Positions 60,020-64,000 of a DNA stretch of 64,000 bases are shown here, in pieces (position 1 is the stretch's first letter; each line of letters begins with the position of its first letter). Origin of the DNA: Trichoplax adhaerens (taxonomy: Eukaryota > Animalia > Placozoa); NCBI RefSeq assembly GCF_000150275.1, contig NW_002060958.1:1030929-1094928 (forward strand), written 5' to 3'. The notes below the pieces were generated by a model. That model was not told where the DNA came from. It was given only the letters and a program-made list of their open reading frames with translations, and searched no databases. The position numbers were made by a program, and so were the translations under genes.

Positions 60020-60930
60020 TAGTCATTCAATCATGTACTGCATAAAAAGGAATAAAGGTAACGATTAAATTGGATCCTTTTTTGATCCTAAATCAATCCT
60101 TGAAATGGGAGAATCTTGCTGCGGATGATGGCGGCTCTACCAGAATGGACAATCAAGTCAGCGTCAAGTCGACTGTTGTTGACGCGTTGGATGTGACCAC
60201 CACGACGGTCACCCTTGCTGAGCGACACTAGTCAACAGTAGTGTAGTACTGTTGTGGGCTAGAAAAATAAGCAATCCAACCAGACTGTCTTGTCCACTTG
60301 TAGTGCTAAAAAGGGTATCGTTCAATTAGGGATGGTGATAGCCACTCGTTGAAATCAATAGCAGTCTACCACTTTGAAGGGGATTGACTGAAGAGAAGAA
60401 ATAAGTTGATGGAGGAAGCAATCTTCTCCAACGGGCCCTAACGCTCCTGTCCCAATGTTGTCCACTACGATACAACACTCGTCCACTACAGTACACTTGT
60501 ACAGTACTACAGTACATTTGTACAGTACTGGACATGTTGTCCAATACGATACTACACTTGTCCACTACAGTACTCTACGTCCTGTCATGGTGGACGACTG
60601 AGTTGTTGCGTCAGCCTTGGCGTGTTGCTGGATGGATGGATGGATGGTAGGATGGTGCGCCTATTACTCACTGTACATTGATACAGTTGTCCATTGTACA
60701 AGTGTATTATTATTATTATTATTAGGGGAAAATTACCCGGAAAATGAATGATCTACCCTTCTTTAAAGTTTGCATTTAATATTTATTATGATTGGTAGAC
60801 TCCTGGAGTGGCGGGGTGGGTATTGGTACAGGCCGTTGCTACAGTGCGCAATCAACAACACAGCACCCAGCAAAAGTGTTAAGATGGTGTTACTCCTGTT
60901 GTAGACAACAAAGTGGCCTGGACACTATTG

Positions 60931-61368
60931 ACAGTTGGACAACAGTCTACTCAGTGTACTGTACACGGCTGATAGCACTCTTTGGCGATACTGTGTCCAG
61001 TCCTGGATAGGTCTGTCTCGCCGTCAGTCTGTATAGAGCCAGCACAGCGCTAGTCGAGGACTACTTGATTTCATTTTTCAGAGTTTTCATACTAAAATCA
61101 GCCTATTTCGTCATACAGTGAATCCCTACTTATGTTGTAGATAACAAAATGACCTCTACAACGTACAGTACACCATTTACAGTTGGACAACAGTCTATTC
61201 AGTGTACACGGGTGGATAGCACTCTTTGGCGATACTGAGTCTAGTCCTGGGTAGGTCCGTCTCGCCGTCAGTCTGTATAGAGCCAGCAGAGCGCTAGTCG
61301 AGGATTACTTGATTTCATTCTTCAGAGTTTTCATACTAAAATCAGCCTATTTCGCCATACAGTGAATC
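60931..61368. repeat. Two ~195-bp direct repeats about 248 bp apart
   Basis: ACAGTTGGACAACAGTCTA.TCAGTGTAC...TACAGTGAATCC at 60931 and 61179. Confidence 0.92.
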
Positions 61369-61879
61369 CGTTTGACCGTCAGGAATACCGTATATTAAAT
61401 TAAGTCATTCCTGTAGTATGAAAATGATGAAAAAAGACGTTGAGTAGTCCTTGCCAATACAATATCGCTATCAGCTGGATCAACTCTGTGGCCAACAGAC
61501 GCCATGTCATTTCGGCTCTCTTTTACAGAATGCAGTACAGTGTATAGTGTACAGTACAACAAACAGACCATGTACTGTACACTGTACAGCAAGTGACTTC
61601 CCTATCCTGTACAGCTACAGTATACTGTACTGTACACTGAGTATACAGTACTGTACACTCACTAGTAGACAGTAGTACTCTATTTGAATCATGATATTGA
61701 TACTTTGGTCTACTGTATGCAGTATCACTTTATTGGAGATATTCACCTTGGAGTCAGAATGGCGGACTAGCTTACGATTGCTTGACAACAAAGTTACTTG
61801 AAAGCTGAAATAGTTTTAATGCATCAGGAACAGCAGTTTCGGCTAAATGCACGAAGACAGGACTACTATATCACTAGTC

Positions 61880-62352
61880 GATGCTGGTTGATAACGTATC
61901 GATAGTCCATGTCACGAAGCATTTCCTTTCAAACACCGGTATAACCTTACTTATACAGGCAGTTTTAGTTTATCATGAGGCCATCATTTTGATGCTGGTT
62001 GATAAAGTTTCGATCGTCCATAACACAAAGAATTTCCTTTCAAACACCGGTATAACCTTACTTATACAGGCATTTATCAGGCAGTTTTACTTCATCATGA
62101 GGTCATTATTTTGATGCTGGTCCATAAAGTATCGATAGTCCATGACACGAAGAATTTCCTTTCAAACACCGGTATAACCTTACATATACAGGCATTTATC
62201 AGGCAGTTTTACTTCATCATGAGGTCATTATTTTGATGCTGGTCCATAAAGTATTGATAGTCCATAACACGAAGAATTTCCTTTCAAACACCGGTATAAC
62301 CTAACTTATACAGGCAGTTTTAGTTCATCATGAGGCCATCATTTTGATGCTC
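61880..62352. repeat. Tandem array of 111-122 bp units (4 or more), truncated by the gap
   Basis: GATGCTGG...ATTTCCTTTCAAACACCGGTATAACCT...CATGAGG at about 61880, 61991, 62113, 62235 and 62346. Confidence 0.93.
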
Positions 62353-62402
62353 NNNNNNNNNNNNNNNNNNNNNNNNNNNNNNNNNNNNNNNNNNNNNNNN
62401 NN
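62353..62402. other. Assembly gap (50 N)
   Basis: Run of n characters. Confidence 1.
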
Positions 62403-64000
62403 ACAGTCTTCCATGACTTGACTGAGAGTCAACACGATTCAAGTGACGTCATTCGCGCGTGACAGTATTGTACCACGGCCGAGTGAAACCCCAACGGTCG
62501 AGTACGGTAATGTTCTAATTTTAGTACAGTGACGTAAACCAAGAACCTCGATCACACTCGATGACGTCACTGGTCTGGTGGTCGCTTATACGCAACTACA
62601 GGACTGAAGATTGACCACCATGGCACGTGACTTATACAAGGCTTCCACCGACTGCACATGCGCCACTGTCGGATGGCATGGATTGGAAAGTGGACCGAAA
62701 TCCAATTTCTCAATACTGTATGGCAAATCAAAACATCAAGAGCGAATTGCTCTAGGTTGGACTGATCTATCTGCTTGGATTATGAGCTCATTTGAAAGTA
62801 TATTTCTTCCAAATTGAATGATATAATTTAAGGTGACACTATAGCTGAACAGTGAACATCTTTCAGCTATTTTAGAGGCCTTGCTATGCTGTTGTCCTAC
62901 TGGTCTTCTAGACAGTGCATGACTGCGAAAGCGCAACAAAACCTCCACTTGATCAGCGCTTCCTACAAAAGAAATGCAAGAGACAATTTCTCTCTATTTT
63001 GAGGTAGCTTCCGACATGGCACTCGACTGCAACGATACAACATGCTCAAGGCATAGATTATCACAGTACTGTACAGTCAATGCATCGTTTAGTTTACTTT
63101 TATGGCACTGGTATGGTGCTCGGAAGTTATTCCCTGATCAAGAGTGATCATGCTGCAAAAAACTCAACCTCGACTTGATCAGGGACTTGCAGAGAAATCG
63201 AACCAATTCCTCTCTATTTGAATTAAAGATACTTTTAATATGAGGAGTAAGACTATACTAATAATAGCAGGGTCATGGTATGCATTACCACAATGTAGAG
63301 TAAATGCATCCTTTAGTCTGGTAATCCTTCTACTCTACAAGATAGATTAGTCAGTGTAACTACGGTAAATATTTTGTTACAGTGTATGTCAATGACACTA
63401 TCGTTCCACATGAAATTGTGCCAGTCTTCATCAATGCTTCCTATCCAAGGTTAATAGGCTGTACTGGCCACAAAGTAATGAAATCAACAATGACTCTCAT
63501 TTTAGCCTCGTCTGCTGTTGATCCTTAACCGGTTCATTCGTGCAGTGGGGATAGAATGGAGATAGCGTAAGCTTCACAAGACAGCCAGGACAAGATTTTA
63601 AACTGAAAAGAAGGATAATCTATGGAGTACTTGCTGATTGTATACTGTAAACCTTGCCTTCAACGAGGTAGAAGTAGAAAATGGATTGGAAAGCGTATGA
63701 TAGCCGCCCAATACAATCGATTTCAGTCGGCAATATTGTCATTCACTCATAAATTACCTTGATCGTCCTAGCCATGATACCCTACCTGCATTAACCCCTG
63801 AAGGAACAGGCATGAGAATTGCAAAATTGCCCATAGTTTACAGCTAGCCTTGCATAGATGACATCAACATCCATCATATTAATCAATACAATCTAGAATG
63901 AAGTTAATAATTCACTCATCACAAACTACAGGTGACATCGAAAGTATCATTTTAGCTGTTAGTGAGTGATCGTCACTGTAATACGTCTTATGTGAGATAA
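62403..64000. repeat. Copy 2 of the 21541-23055 element, running into the first 195-bp satellite unit
   Basis: Aligns by eye to 21541-~23160 with scattered substitutions, a ~31-bp deletion and two 5-bp CTGTA insertions. Confidence 0.92.

Overview
AT-rich, intron-dense eukaryotic genomic DNA with many short GT-AG introns. It looks like an early-branching animal, probably a placozoan such as Trichoplax, but that is inferred from gene content and style and not verified. Eight spliced or single-exon genes can be reconstructed by hand: the 3' part of a PLP aminotransferase (+), SMARCC/BAF155-170 (+), ALIX/PDCD6IP (-), a divergent PX-BAR sorting nexin-like gene (-), CHMP5 (+), ATXN7L3/Sgf11 (-), AGPS (+) and JAZF1 (-). 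There are several tandem arrays, a ~1.6 kb element present twice, and a 50-N gap. The most striking signal is that duplicated segments differ repeatedly by TA versus TA-CTG-TA or TA-CAG-TA, the canonical Tc1/mariner excision footprint, and dense mixed-orientation runs of these units sit upstream of almost every gene start. This suggests promoter low-complexity DNA built from stacked transposon footprints. Other points: SMARCC appears to lack its C-terminal coiled-coil, AGPS ends in a PTS1 (SKL), and the gene set resembles vertebrate Hox-cluster neighbours although no Hox gene is seen here.
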